DNA of 64,000 bases, taken from positions 96,001 through 160,000 of the IMG/VR virus record IMGVR_UViG_3300049198_000021; one strand, given 5' to 3'. The stretch comes from a virus. Taxonomy: Duplodnaviria > Caudoviricetes. A program made the position numbers and the translations under genes. Below are positions 38,753-50,362 of the stretch, piece by piece (positions within the stretch are counted from its first letter, which is position 1; the number at the start of each line of letters is the position of its first letter). The notes beneath the pieces are model-generated. The model did not search any database and was not told the origin of the DNA. It was given only the letters and a program-made list of their open reading frames with translations.

Positions 38753-39622
38753 ATGACCAAAGCAATTCTCTCGCCTCTGATCAGCGCGACCATTCTCGCC
38801 GACTCCATCTCGCCCGCCGGCGTCCGCTTGACCACCATGGAGTTGGTCTACCCGCGTTTCATTCACTCCGAACTGATGACCCACCGCGTGTTCTCCCGGA
38901 ACGCTTCATCGAGCCGCGCTATCCCGACCAAGCGTGCGATCAAGATGATCCGGGAGAACCCGGCTGTCCCCGCCTCGTGGCGCATGAACCAGCCGGGTAT
39001 GCAAGGCTACGAAGTGGCTTCCGAAGAAACCACGCTGGCTGCTCAGACGATCTGGCTTGCCGCGATGGAAGACGCGATTCGCCATGCCGAAGCCATGGAC
39101 GAACTTGGCATCCACAAGCAGGTGGTCAACCGCATCACCGAACCCTACGCCCACATCAAGGTCGTCCTCACGAGCGTCTACTGGGAAAACTGGGACGGCC
39201 TGCGCCGCCATGGCGCGGCTGACCCCACCATCTGCGCTCTGGCTGAGGCGATCCACGAGGCACGGACCAACTCGGAGCCCCGCGACCTCCCGATGGGTGA
39301 GTGGCATCTTCCCTACATCACCAAGGAAGAGCTTGCGATCCACGGCATCAATCTGTGCAAGAAGATCAGCACTGCCCGGTGTGCCCGCGTCAGCTACAAC
39401 AACCACGACGGCACCAAGACGACTCCGGAAGCCGACCTCAAGCTCCACGATATGCTGCTGGTCGATCAGCCAATCCATGCCAGCCCGGCCGAGCATCAGG
39501 CGACCCCGGACCAGCGCCGGTTCACTGGCTGGGAAAAGCCCGCACTACACGGTAATCTCCCCGGTTGGATTCAATATCGAAAAACCCTGACCGGTGAAAA
39601 CATGGACGCCAGTCTGGGTTAA
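38753..39622 (+). CDS. thyX: Flavin-dependent thymidylate synthase
   Basis: ELMTHRVFSRNASSSRAIP, ARCARVSY, HASPAEHQA. Confidence 0.88.
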   Translation: MTKAILSPLISATILADSISPAGVRLTTMELVYPRFIHSELMTHRVFSRNASSSRAIPTKRAIKMIRENPAVPASWRMNQPGMQGYEVASEETTLAAQTIWLAAMEDAIRHAEAMDELGIHKQVVNRITEPYAHIKVVLTSVYWENWDGLRRHGAADPTICALAEAIHEARTNSEPRDLPMGEWHLPYITKEELAIHGINLCKKISTARCARVSYNNHDGTKTTPEADLKLHDMLLVDQPIHASPAEHQATPDQRRFTGWEKPALHGNLPGWIQYRKTLTGENMDASLG

Positions 39623-39623
39623 C

Positions 39624-39667
39624 CAGCGCGATTCTGGATTGACAGTAAGGCCCGTTCCCGTCATAGG
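39624..39667 (+). promoter_or_regulatory. Possible promoter upstream of ligase, with degenerate box
   Basis: CAGCGCGATTCT-gga-TTGACA; overlaps the hairpin AAGGCCCG...CGGGCCTTT. Confidence 0.45.
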
Positions 39668-39694
39668 GTGCGGGCCTTTCTAATTGGAGACTGA

Positions 39695-41820
<2,126 letters not shown>

Positions 41821-41821
<1 letters not shown>

Positions 41822-42180
41822 TGAGCAGAGCGATGAATTTTCGAGATGAAAGCTCGATTGGCGGGCGCATAACAATAGCGCGCCAGCGGTTGAATTTAAC
41901 TCAGAAGGATGTTGCAGACAAACTCGGTGTCAGCCGCCCCGCCGTAGCAACTTGGGAAAACAACTACGTAGAACCCAAGAGAAAAATTGTGATTACCTTG
42001 GCAGAATTGCTGGATGTAAGCCCCTCATACTTGGTAGACGGGGACGGTGATCGCGGCGGTAATGTAACCCGCCCGTCGTTTGATCAAGCAGTAGCGACGA
42101 TCACAGGAAGAAAGTGGTCGGCTACCGAGGCGGCCGCCCTGAAAGCCCTTATCGACGTATCAACTCAGGTGGTGGCATGA
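41821..42180 (+). CDS. XRE-family HTH regulator
   Basis: LTQKDVADKLGVSRPAVATWENN. Confidence 0.85.
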
Positions 42181-42335
42181 GATTTGGCGACATCGTGACG
42201 ATCCCCAAGCACTCCGATCCCGAAGAACGCTTCGTGGTTCTCAACAGCTTCAACGGGGTGGTGCTGGTATCTTCTGAACGGAACACCTCGTTCTTCACTC
42301 GTGAGGACAACTGCATTCTGGAGGAAGTGGAATGA
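42177..42335 (+). CDS. Small hypothetical protein
   Basis: ATGA coupling on both sides; 52 aa. Confidence 0.55.
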   Translation: MRFGDIVTIPKHSDPEERFVVLNSFNGVVLVSSERNTSFFTREDNCILEEVE

Positions 42336-42538
42336 CCACTCTCGGTGACCGCATAGGAAACACGCGTGTATCTTTGGGTTTGACACAACACGCATTAGCG
42401 CAAAAAGTAGGCGTATTGCGGAGTAATGTATGTTCTTGGGAAAAGAATAGCTACGTCCCCAAAGAAGATATTTTAGTCGCCTTGGCTGAGGCTCTGGGCG
42501 TGAGTTTGTTATATCTGAAAAGCGGAGAAAAATCTTGA
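42332..42538 (+). CDS. XRE-family HTH regulator (Cro-like)
   Basis: LTQHALAQKVGV....VCSWEKN...P. Confidence 0.8.
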   Translation: MTTLGDRIGNTRVSLGLTQHALAQKVGVLRSNVCSWEKNSYVPKEDILVALAEALGVSLLYLKSGEKS

Positions 42539-42756
42539 CCTTCATTATCGGCTCCAAAGAAATCATGCCAACCTTCGTTGTGCGTGAGCCTGAGAAAGGC
42601 CCTCCGCTGTTTGTAGGCGATGTGTTCGACCACTCGACCTATACAGCGGTCGTGGTGGAGCAAATCGACATCGACTATCGGACGATGCCCGTTGAGCGCG
42701 TCGTTACCTATCGGGCCTGCACCCGGCAGGAACTCGAAGAGAACGGATACATCTGA
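42535..42756 (+). CDS. Hypothetical protein
   Basis: Coupled ORF; GGAG RBS. Confidence 0.55.
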   Translation: MTFIIGSKEIMPTFVVREPEKGPPLFVGDVFDHSTYTAVVVEQIDIDYRTMPVERVVTYRACTRQELEENGYI

Positions 42757-42968
42757 TGGCACTCCCGCGCTGCTCCGCCGTCGTCAAGCGTAACCAAGCT
42801 GGTTACGTCATGACCGTCCTTGCCATCTTCCCGACCTCAGAAGAGGCGTGGGAGTGGGCTGAGAATGCCAATGAGTGGTATGGTGCAGATCACCCGCTCA
42901 CGCCGCTGACGGTGACCGATGACATCCTGTCAAGCCCGCCTAAGTTCCCTGTGGAAGCCATGCGGTGA
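42756..42968 (+). CDS. Hypothetical protein
   Basis: Coupled ORF. Confidence 0.55.
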   Translation: MALPRCSAVVKRNQAGYVMTVLAIFPTSEEAWEWAENANEWYGADHPLTPLTVTDDILSSPPKFPVEAMR

Positions 42969-43630
42969 AGCCTGTCGGCTCTCCTCCCAAGGACCTCGGC
43001 CTGATCGATCTCTCGCCTAGCGAGATGATGTTCTGGATGTATCTGCCTATTTCGGTGCCGGGGGATCACAGCTTCCACCTACCAGATAATCTCCGGCACT
43101 TCATCCCGATCATCCGGGGAGCGCGCTGGGATGACCCTGAGCGGTTCTTGGACAACTACGTCTACCTGACCGCCAAGACGCTCTGGGTGGAGGGTGGTTA
43201 TATTGGCAACCGGCCGGGCTGGCACATCGATGGCTACGGCACGGACGATCTGAACTACATCTGGCCTGACCGGGCTCCGACGGTGTTTCTCATCCAGCAG
43301 AACCGGTGGATGCTGTCCGAGGACTGCGACGAATCCCTCAAGCAGATGGCGAAGATCGGCCGGTATGCCGAAGCCTTTGACCACGCTGGGCTGCGCACCT
43401 ATCCGGACAAGCACCTCCTGCGGCTGGACAACACTGTCCTTCACCGCTCGCCGACGGGCTTCGAATCCGGAATGCGGACCTTCGTGAAGGTCTCTCTCAG
43501 CAGCGATCGCTACAACCTCAAAGGCAATTCGGTGAACCACCTGCTGCCTGAGACACACTGGCCTCTCGTCGATCGACAAGAGGTCCGTAACCACCCGGCG
43601 TTCAAGAACTCCGACTTCATCAAGGATTGA
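42965..43630 (+). CDS. Putative 2OG-Fe(II) oxygenase-fold protein
   Basis: WHIDG (HxD), distal LHRSP and RTFVKVS. Confidence 0.55.
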   Translation: MKPVGSPPKDLGLIDLSPSEMMFWMYLPISVPGDHSFHLPDNLRHFIPIIRGARWDDPERFLDNYVYLTAKTLWVEGGYIGNRPGWHIDGYGTDDLNYIWPDRAPTVFLIQQNRWMLSEDCDESLKQMAKIGRYAEAFDHAGLRTYPDKHLLRLDNTVLHRSPTGFESGMRTFVKVSLSSDRYNLKGNSVNHLLPETHWPLVDRQEVRNHPAFKNSDFIKD

Positions 43631-44253
43631 CGATGGGCTATATTATCCAGCAGGCCAACGAGGCGTTCCAGCGGAATCACTATGCGTCCGACGCGATCTT
43701 CTTCTTCGACTTCGATGGCGTCCTTGCCACGCAGTGTGAGGAGAAGATTTTCCGTATGGATGAGCGTCCCATGGAGCGCCGCCGGCTGGAAGAGAAGGCC
43801 CCGTTTGCAGCTATCGATGCTGCTCTATATCCCAGCACCAATTACCTACGCCACATGGTCTTCCAAGGCTATGCGTGGGGAAGCACCCCTGACTGCCACT
43901 GGGAAGCCACTGAGTTCGCTCGCTCGCTCTCTGACAGCGGTGACCCCTATTTCATCGTGACAGCACGGAGCGGCCTCTGGGCGGTCCGACGGATGCTGGA
44001 TTTTACCGAGCAACACCTGATCTACCCACAAGAGGTCTTCTGCCTCGGCCGGGCATCCAAGGCGCTGCTGCTGGCTGAGCTTCGGAAGGACTGGCCTGAT
44101 CGCCAGTTCGTGTTCTTCGAGGACTCCGATCACCACATCGAAGCCTGCCGGGCTCTGGCCGATCCGCTGCTGGAGATCGTGAAGATCGAGTGGCCGACCT
44201 GCACCAAGAATGCTGAGGCTCTTCGTGAGTGCTATCTTGGCCCGGTGATGTAG
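43627..44253 (+). CDS. HAD-superfamily hydrolase
   Basis: FFDFDGVL, IVTAR, K, FFEDS motifs. Confidence 0.7.
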   Translation: MTMGYIIQQANEAFQRNHYASDAIFFFDFDGVLATQCEEKIFRMDERPMERRRLEEKAPFAAIDAALYPSTNYLRHMVFQGYAWGSTPDCHWEATEFARSLSDSGDPYFIVTARSGLWAVRRMLDFTEQHLIYPQEVFCLGRASKALLLAELRKDWPDRQFVFFEDSDHHIEACRALADPLLEIVKIEWPTCTKNAEALRECYLGPVM

Positions 44254-44492
44254 TGGAGACGCTGGGATACCTGTGTCTTGGATACTTGGTAATAGGAGTG
44301 GCCCTGCTAGTAGCCGGCTACATCCTCACCCCACTTATCGAATACGACGGCGACAACGGAATCCTGTTTCGCCTAGGTGATTTCGCTGAGGATGCCATGG
44401 GACAGCTTACGGCCGGATACCTTCTTGCCCTGCCCATTATCATGGTCATCTGCTGCTACCTGACCGGCCGAGCCTTAGGAGAAATTGCGTGA
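44253..44492 (+). CDS. Two-TM membrane protein
   Basis: Two hydrophobic segments. Confidence 0.55.
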   Translation: METLGYLCLGYLVIGVALLVAGYILTPLIEYDGDNGILFRLGDFAEDAMGQLTAGYLLALPIIMVICCYLTGRALGEIA

Positions 44493-44656
44493 AGCGCTAT
44501 CTGATCAACCTCTGGCGTCAGCACAAGGACCCGCTCTATTGCCGGAAGTGTGAGCGCTGGAACATGCGCTTGCCGTGGCGCGATGGGAACTGGGCTTGCG
44601 TTCGCTGTGAGCTTACCAACCCATGCCAATCGATCGATCACTACATGGCGAGATAA
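44489..44656 (+). CDS. Small Zn-finger protein (55 aa)
   Basis: AGGAG RBS, GTG start; CRKC...CVRC. Confidence 0.55.
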   Translation: MKRYLINLWRQHKDPLYCRKCERWNMRLPWRDGNWACVRCELTNPCQSIDHYMAR

Positions 44657-44657
44657 C

Positions 44658-44692
44658 GAAAAAGGCCGCCGGATCACTCCGGCGGCCTTTCC
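44658..44692. terminator. Bidirectional terminator between the converging arms
   Basis: AAAAAGGCCGCCGGA-tcac-TCCGGCGGCCTTT. Confidence 0.85.
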
Positions 44693-44711
44693 CATAGCGT
44701 GCCAACGCTTA

Positions 44712-45467
44712 TTACTGGGGACGAAGCGTCGAGACGACAGCGCCCAAAATGTTGAGGTCCTTCGGGGCGACTTCCTGCTTGTCACCACGCGACCCTTCGA
44801 CCACGACCTTGTTCGACTTGGCGAACGACGGCGCGATCCGGATCACTTCCATCCCGCCATTGGCTTCGATCACGTAGGTATCGAACTCATTCGAGATCGA
44901 CTGGACGCTGGTGTCCACGAAAAGGCGAGTGTCCTGACGCAGGCCGAAGGCGTCGGCATTGTGACCGAGGACATATACCTTGAGCGAGCGAACGCTTTCC
45001 ACGTAGCTTTCCGCCAGCGAGCGCGGCATCGCAAAGGTGCCGCTGGTGTAGTGACCATCCCGGCCGAAAGTGATCTCGTCCACGTTGACCGTGGATTCGG
45101 CCGCGTTCATATCGCCGACGGACTTGACACCATGCTCACCAAAGGCGAGGAACGAAGGCGAAACCTTGAGGACCTTCGCCAATGCTTCGATGATGGGGAT
45201 CGGCGGCATGATCTTGTTGCGCTCGTAAGCGACGATGGTGCCACGGCACTTGTCGGCCGCTTCCGCAAGCTGTTCTTGCGTCACTTCCTCGCGGAGCCGG
45301 GCATATGCCAGCCGCCCGCCGAGCGAATTGAGATCGAGACCGTTGTCTGACCCGGCGAGGTCAGAACGACGTGCAATAGCCGGAACGGCCTGCATCTGAA
45401 TTTTTGCCTTGGATTTCCCAGCGACACGGCCGCCGGGAGGCTTCGTAAGGGTTGCTTGAGCAGCCAT
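44712..45467 (-). CDS. XRE HTH plus C-terminal S24-like domain (CI-like regulator)
   Basis: VTQEQLAEAA....TIVAYERN..P....LAKVL.VSP.FL.FG; GGAGG RBS; own promoter. Confidence 0.75.
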   Translation of the reverse strand: MAAQATLTKPPGGRVAGKSKAKIQMQAVPAIARRSDLAGSDNGLDLNSLGGRLAYARLREEVTQEQLAEAADKCRGTIVAYERNKIMPPIPIIEALAKVLKVSPSFLAFGEHGVKSVGDMNAAESTVNVDEITFGRDGHYTSGTFAMPRSLAESYVESVRSLKVYVLGHNADAFGLRQDTRLFVDTSVQSISNEFDTYVIEANGGMEVIRIAPSFAKSNKVVVEGSRGDKQEVAPKDLNILGAVVSTLRPQ

Positions 45468-45499
45468 GTCTAATTCCTCCAGTTGTTTCGGTGATTCGG

Positions 45500-45544
45500 T
45501 TATTAGTCGAAACAGCGATTCGGTGTCAAGCGAAAATGCAGTCA
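45500..45544 (-). promoter_or_regulatory. Promoter of the CI-like gene with degenerate box
   Basis: TGACTGCATTTT-cgc-TTGACA on the minus strand. Confidence 0.55.
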
Positions 45545-45601
45545 AGATCATTCTTAATGATCTCAACTGCATTTTTCAAACACCCAACAGGAGAAATTGG
45601 A

Positions 45602-45865
45602 TCAGGATTCCAACACACTCCAGTCTTTGGATACATCGCTGTATCCACCAAGCCGCTGTCCAACAGGATCAGCAAGGCTGGCGTCATCCGGCATTAGAAA
45701 GACCTGAGGCACCGTATTTGTTCCGGTCTTCTGATAAAAATCCTGCCGGAGAGTGTCGTCGGTCAGATCGACTTCGGTGTAGTTATGACCCCGCTTCACA
45801 AGTTCCATCTTGAGGAGCGAGCAAAACGGGCAACCGAGCTTGGAGTAGACTACGATCTGCATCAC
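45602..45865 (-). CDS. Glutaredoxin
   Basis: CPFC, TVPQVF, LGGY. Confidence 0.9.
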   Translation of the reverse strand: MMQIVVYSKLGCPFCSLLKMELVKRGHNYTEVDLTDDTLRQDFYQKTGTNTVPQVFLMPDDASLADPVGQRLGGYSDVSKDWSVLES

Positions 45866-46872
45866 ACGTTATCCTCAAACTTGGAAACGAACTTCCACGG
45901 ATCGTTGTCCCACCCGATCACACCACCCTTGGCATACTCGGTCGAGCGGCCCTCGAAGAAGTTGGTGTGGGTGTGAGCAGCCATCATCTCGTCGATCCAC
46001 TCGAAGGGATTGTCCTTCTGCCGATAGATCGGCTTGAGGCCCAACTGAATCATGCGGCGGTCTGCCGTATAGCGGATGTAGGTCTTGGTATCAGCGGCTG
46101 TGATGCCGGCGATCTCACCCATATCGAACATGAGGTCGATGAACCGGTCTTCGAGCTTCACCATTTCCTTGGCGATCTCGCGAATGGCGGCCTTGACATC
46201 ATCGTTCCAGAGCTTCGGGTTCTCCTTGATCATGGTGTGGAACAGCTTGACCATGCACTCGACGTGGAGCGATTCGTCACGCAGCGACCACTCGACGATG
46301 GTGGACATGCCCTTCATCAGGTTACGCCGCTTGAAGCTCAGCAGGACGGCGAAGCTGGAGAAAAGCTGCATACCTTCGCCGAAGGCCGAGAACACCGCCA
46401 GATCGAGCGCCAGACGCTCACGCGGGGTGAACCGGCGACCGTCTACGCCTTCGGTGCGATCGGCGAACATATACTCGTGCTTCTCAGCCATCTCGGCGTA
46501 TTCTGCGAAGGCGCTGTAATCCGACTCCGGCATACCCACGGTGTCGATCAACTGGGAATACGAGTGGATGTGGTTGGCTTCCTGCGTCGCGATCGCCGAG
46601 AGCATCATTCGAATCTCGGTCGGCTTGAACATCGGGATGTAAACATCGAGGTAGCCGTGCGTGATGTCTTCGTCACCCTTGGTGAAGAAGCGGAAAAGCT
46701 GGGTCAGCAGGTTCTTTTCTGATGGGGTCAGCTTCTGGTTCCAGTCGTGGACATCCTCTTGCAAGGGGACTTCGGAAGGAAGCCAGTGCATCTTCTGCAA
46801 AAGATCGTAAGCCTCGAATGCCCATGGATATTGGAACGGCTTGTAGGCGGTGCTTTTCTTGAATACGGACAT
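45862..46872 (-). CDS. nrdB: Ribonucleotide reductase class Ia beta subunit
   Basis: W.P.EV, EANHIHSY, EG..LFSSF, RDESLH, NFFE. Confidence 0.95.
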   Translation of the reverse strand: MSVFKKSTAYKPFQYPWAFEAYDLLQKMHWLPSEVPLQEDVHDWNQKLTPSEKNLLTQLFRFFTKGDEDITHGYLDVYIPMFKPTEIRMMLSAIATQEANHIHSYSQLIDTVGMPESDYSAFAEYAEMAEKHEYMFADRTEGVDGRRFTPRERLALDLAVFSAFGEGMQLFSSFAVLLSFKRRNLMKGMSTIVEWSLRDESLHVECMVKLFHTMIKENPKLWNDDVKAAIREIAKEMVKLEDRFIDLMFDMGEIAGITAADTKTYIRYTADRRMIQLGLKPIYRQKDNPFEWIDEMMAAHTHTNFFEGRSTEYAKGGVIGWDNDPWKFVSKFEDNV

Positions 46873-46880
46873 CAGGTCTC

Positions 46881-47069
46881 TCAGCGATAGGTGTGGTAGC
46901 GGGCGATGATCCTGCGGGGCCAGACGGCAGTGTTGCCGCCGACGTGGAAGGAACCATCCGGGTTGATTAGGGTGACCTCATAGTCGCCAGCGGGGATGAT
47001 GCAGTCAGGCTCATCCCCGAGCGTCACGATGTCACCGACGACCGGGAGGAAGTCGGGATCGATACCCAT
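46881..47069 (-). CDS. Hypothetical protein
   Basis: 62-aa ORF between nrdA and nrdB. Confidence 0.55.
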   Translation of the reverse strand: MGIDPDFLPVVGDIVTLGDEPDCIIPAGDYEVTLINPDGSFHVGGNTAVWPRRIIARYHTYR

Positions 47070-47314
47070 CAGTAGGTCTCTGGCATGACGGTGTGGATCA
47101 TGTCAGCCGGGATGAAGAAATCATCACCGGTAGCGATACATCCCACACGAATCGTCTGGAAGCGGGGGTTGTGCTGTCGCACCCGCGCCCATACAGTTCG
47201 CTTCAAGCGAGGCTCCCGCCCCGGCTTGATGTGAACCGGAGCGGGCTGATGTGGGATTTCGAAGCCGACGATACGGCCGATCAGATTATCCTTCACAGGC
47301 AAGACATCCTTCAT
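47069..47314 (-). CDS. Hypothetical protein
   Basis: ORF overlapping the nrdA 3' end. Confidence 0.5.
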   Translation of the reverse strand: MKDVLPVKDNLIGRIVGFEIPHQPAPVHIKPGREPRLKRTVWARVRQHNPRFQTIRVGCIATGDDFFIPADMIHTVMPETY

Positions 47315-49052
47315 CTTCGGGGACGACAAGCTCCATCTGTGCCACCTTGGTGTTCATGTTCTCGGCCTTCTTGGGGGCCTTGGAGCGAACGTAATACATC
47401 GACTTCGAACCACCGGCCCAAGCCATGAAGTGCAGTTCGAGAAGGTAATCGGCATCGACGTAAGCCGGGACCGAGATGTTGAGGCTCACGCCCTGATCGA
47501 CGAAACCGGCCCGGTCGTTTGCCATCTGGATGGTCAGGCGCTGATCGGTTTCGAAAGCAGTGGCGAACACAGCCTTCTCTTGGGCGGTCAGGAAGTCCAG
47601 TTGCTGGACGGAGCCTTCGTGGAGAAGGATGTCCTTCCAGACTTCCTTGGTGTTCTTGCCCTTGGTTTCGAGCAGACGCACCAGTGCCGGATTCTTGACG
47701 GTGTGCGAACCGGTGAGCGTCTTGTGGATGAAGATGTTCTCCGGCCACTGCTCGATCGAAGGCGAGATCGGACCCTGCGGAACGAAGATCGACGACGAAG
47801 CATTGGGAGCCACAGCCATACGGTGGGAGAAGCGGTGACCGGTCCCGGCCATGTCTGGCGCTTCGCCGCGCTCAGCACCCAGCTTGAGGGATGCCGCCGT
47901 GGTCTTCTTCGCCAAGTCCTCGAACATCATCACGTTGTAGGCGCGGGCGATCTCACTGCCCCAGACGATCCCGTGATCCTGCAAGTAAGTGTGGAGGCCC
48001 ATGCCGCCCAGACCGACAGAGCGTTCCATCTTGGCCGAGTTGACCGCACGCCAGAGTTCCGGGGGAGCCTTCGCGATGAAGTCATCCAGCGTGTTGTCCA
48101 GCATCCGCATCAAGTCTTCGATGAAGAGCGGGTCATCCTTCCACTCATCGTATGCAGCGAGGTTCGGGCTCGACAAGCAGCAGACCGCCGTGCGATCTTC
48201 GGCCGTCGGCAGCATGATCTCGGTGCAGAGATTGGAGTGATTGATCTTGAGGCCCTTATCCTTCAAGGGCTGCGGCAGGGCGCGGTTTGCTGTGTCCTTG
48301 AACAGGATGAACGGCTCGCCGGTCTGGTGACGCGTCTCGACGATCTTCCGCATCAAGGCACGGGCGTTGACCGTCTTCTTGATCTCGCCGGTCTTCGGGC
48401 TGCGGAAATGCCAGTCGGCATCTGCCATGCAGGCGTGCATGAAGTCGTCTGTAATGTTGATCGCGTGGTGGAGGTTCAGAGCCTTGCGGTTAGCGTCGCC
48501 GCCGGACGGCTTACGCATCTCAAGGAACTCATCGGTTTCCGGATGCGAGATGTCGAGATAGGCAGCATAGCTCCCGCGCCGGGTCTTACCCTGCGAGAAG
48601 GCCAGCATGTAGCGATCGAGGATGCAGACAAACGGAATGCCGCCTGACGATGCAGAACCCTTTGAGGTGTCTTCCGGGCCACGCACAGCAATGTATCCAC
48701 CGACGCCGCCGCCGAGGCTGGAGAGCCACGAGGTCTCTTCGTAGTGGGCGTTGATGCCCTTGCGGCTGTCTGCCATGTAGTTGAGGTAGCAGGAGATCGG
48801 CAGACCGCGCTCTGTGCCGCCATTGGACAGAAGCGGGGTCGCGAACATGAACCAGCCCTTGGAGGCATAGTCGTAGAGTCGCTGTGCGTGAGCGGCGTCA
48901 TCGGCGAAGGCAGCCGAGGCACGGGCAAAAGCATGTTGAGGGCTGGTCTCCCCTTCAACCATGTAGCGATCTTGGAGGGTTTCGATAGCGTGCGGGGCGA
49001 GCAGAGCGTCGCGCCCGAGGTCGATGATGACCTCGTTCGGGGAGACTGGCAT
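47286..49052 (-). CDS. nrdA: Ribonucleotide reductase class Ia alpha subunit (no ATP cone)
   Basis: PISC, SNLCTEI, APNASSS, DQG.S.N, SMYY, C-terminal CLACEG. Confidence 0.95.
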   Translation of the reverse strand: MPVSPNEVIIDLGRDALLAPHAIETLQDRYMVEGETSPQHAFARASAAFADDAAHAQRLYDYASKGWFMFATPLLSNGGTERGLPISCYLNYMADSRKGINAHYEETSWLSSLGGGVGGYIAVRGPEDTSKGSASSGGIPFVCILDRYMLAFSQGKTRRGSYAAYLDISHPETDEFLEMRKPSGGDANRKALNLHHAINITDDFMHACMADADWHFRSPKTGEIKKTVNARALMRKIVETRHQTGEPFILFKDTANRALPQPLKDKGLKINHSNLCTEIMLPTAEDRTAVCCLSSPNLAAYDEWKDDPLFIEDLMRMLDNTLDDFIAKAPPELWRAVNSAKMERSVGLGGMGLHTYLQDHGIVWGSEIARAYNVMMFEDLAKKTTAASLKLGAERGEAPDMAGTGHRFSHRMAVAPNASSSIFVPQGPISPSIEQWPENIFIHKTLTGSHTVKNPALVRLLETKGKNTKEVWKDILLHEGSVQQLDFLTAQEKAVFATAFETDQRLTIQMANDRAGFVDQGVSLNISVPAYVDADYLLELHFMAWAGGSKSMYYVRSKAPKKAENMNTKVAQMELVVPEDEGCLACEG

Positions 49053-49092
49053 GAGTTTTGGGTGTCCGTAGATGAAGTGAAAACGGCCGCAC

Positions 49093-49156
49093 AGTATAGC
49101 GAAACTGTCGGTGGTGAGCAAGTGGTATATTTACTGCGCAGCAAATATACCGCTTG
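49093..49156 (-). promoter_or_regulatory. nrdA promoter with box in spacer and adjacent 38-bp palindrome
   Basis: TTGCTC-ac-CACCGACAGTTT-cgc-TATACT. Confidence 0.6.
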
Positions 49157-49163
49157 ACACGAA

Positions 49164-49772
49164 TTAGTGCTGGAGGACGGTGGAGAGGCCCTTGGCTACG
49201 CTGAACCGAGGAAGTGCCAGACCAGTCCCGTAGACCCAACGACCGAACTCCGGGTGGTCCCGTTCGCCGTAGGAGCCGATCTCAATTTCTGCCAGTTCGA
49301 GGTCGAAGCCGATGTCGGTCGCGACAATATCAGGATCGATCCCACTCAGGACTCCGACGACTTCGCGGGCGTCATGCATGACACGATCGACGGTCGCATC
49401 CGGCAATGTAACGAAGAGTTCGGCTTTCATGAAGCCAGTCTGGTAGAAGATGTTCTGGACCGGCTCGTGACGGAAGCAAGGCGTCACGCCGATGTATGCG
49501 CCGGGCTTGAGTCCCATGGACAGGAAGCCTTGCTCAGCCGAGCCTACGAGGTAGTGTGCTTCTTCGAAAGCATCGGTTCCGCCGATCCACTTACCTTCAT
49601 GGTCACGATGGTCAAACCGAGGACAGGCAACGTATGCCGGGAACTGCTGAGGCAGGGTGGCGCGGATCGGTGCCTCAGGAACAAGCCAAGGAACTTCCTT
49701 GTAGACGTAGCCCCGCTTCTGATACTCCGTGACCGCCCGGCCGAGAAGCGCGTAGTCGATCATCGGTGTCAT
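49164..49772 (-). CDS. Stand-alone class II aminoacyl-tRNA synthetase-like catalytic domain
   Basis: GSAEQ, motif 2 PCFRHE..FMKAE, EIGSYG, motif 3 GTGLALPR; no tRNA-binding domain. Confidence 0.7.
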   Translation of the reverse strand: MTPMIDYALLGRAVTEYQKRGYVYKEVPWLVPEAPIRATLPQQFPAYVACPRFDHRDHEGKWIGGTDAFEEAHYLVGSAEQGFLSMGLKPGAYIGVTPCFRHEPVQNIFYQTGFMKAELFVTLPDATVDRVMHDAREVVGVLSGIDPDIVATDIGFDLELAEIEIGSYGERDHPEFGRWVYGTGLALPRFSVAKGLSTVLQH

Positions 49773-49773
49773 A

Positions 49774-50010
49774 TCAGTCGTCATCCTCTTCATCACCGAA
49801 GTCGTCCGGTCCCATGATCCAGTCGCTGCACATCTCACAAAGCTGGGTGCATTCATCGACCCACGGACCGGTGTCACCACATTCCATGCATTCGTCAGGA
49901 TCGGGAATCCGTTCGAGAACCTTGCCGTCCTTGTCAACGAGGAAGCGACCTTCGCCGGTCTCGACGATCTCAGGGTAGAACACTGGTTGGGCCTTGATCT
50001 CAGTCATCAC
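49774..50010 (-). CDS. Hypothetical protein (Cys-rich)
   Basis: CMEC...C.QLC.MC. Confidence 0.55.
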   Translation of the reverse strand: MMTEIKAQPVFYPEIVETGEGRFLVDKDGKVLERIPDPDECMECGDTGPWVDECTQLCEMCSDWIMGPDDFGDEEDDD

Positions 50011-50362
50011 AGTTCTCCTGCCTTACCATAAACTCCGGACAAAGCTCAGAGACCTTGCGGAATTGATCGTGTCGATAATCAGCCCACGGATCGTCTTCGC
50101 CACCAACAAGCCGGACAAAGCCGGTCTGTTCGTTGACGACACGCGCACGGGTGTAGCGTTCGCCTTGGCCGTCATCACGAAAGACGTGATAGTCAGGCGT
50201 TTCGATCCCGGCGTCTTCCATCTCAACCAGCAAGGCTTCGAAGCGATGACGCCATTCCATTGGCATGACTTGCAAGGCGAGCTTGGGAAGCACCAAGTAG
50301 GGCGTCCGGGCGAGCCGCAAGTCAAACGGGCATTGGTGCATGACCATAGCCTCAGCCATCAC
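50000..50362 (-). CDS. Hypothetical protein
   Basis: YLVLP...LQ.MP.EW..RF, DPWADYR. Confidence 0.6.
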   Translation of the reverse strand: MMAEAMVMHQCPFDLRLARTPYLVLPKLALQVMPMEWRHRFEALLVEMEDAGIETPDYHVFRDDGQGERYTRARVVNEQTGFVRLVGGEDDPWADYRHDQFRKVSELCPEFMVRQENCDD

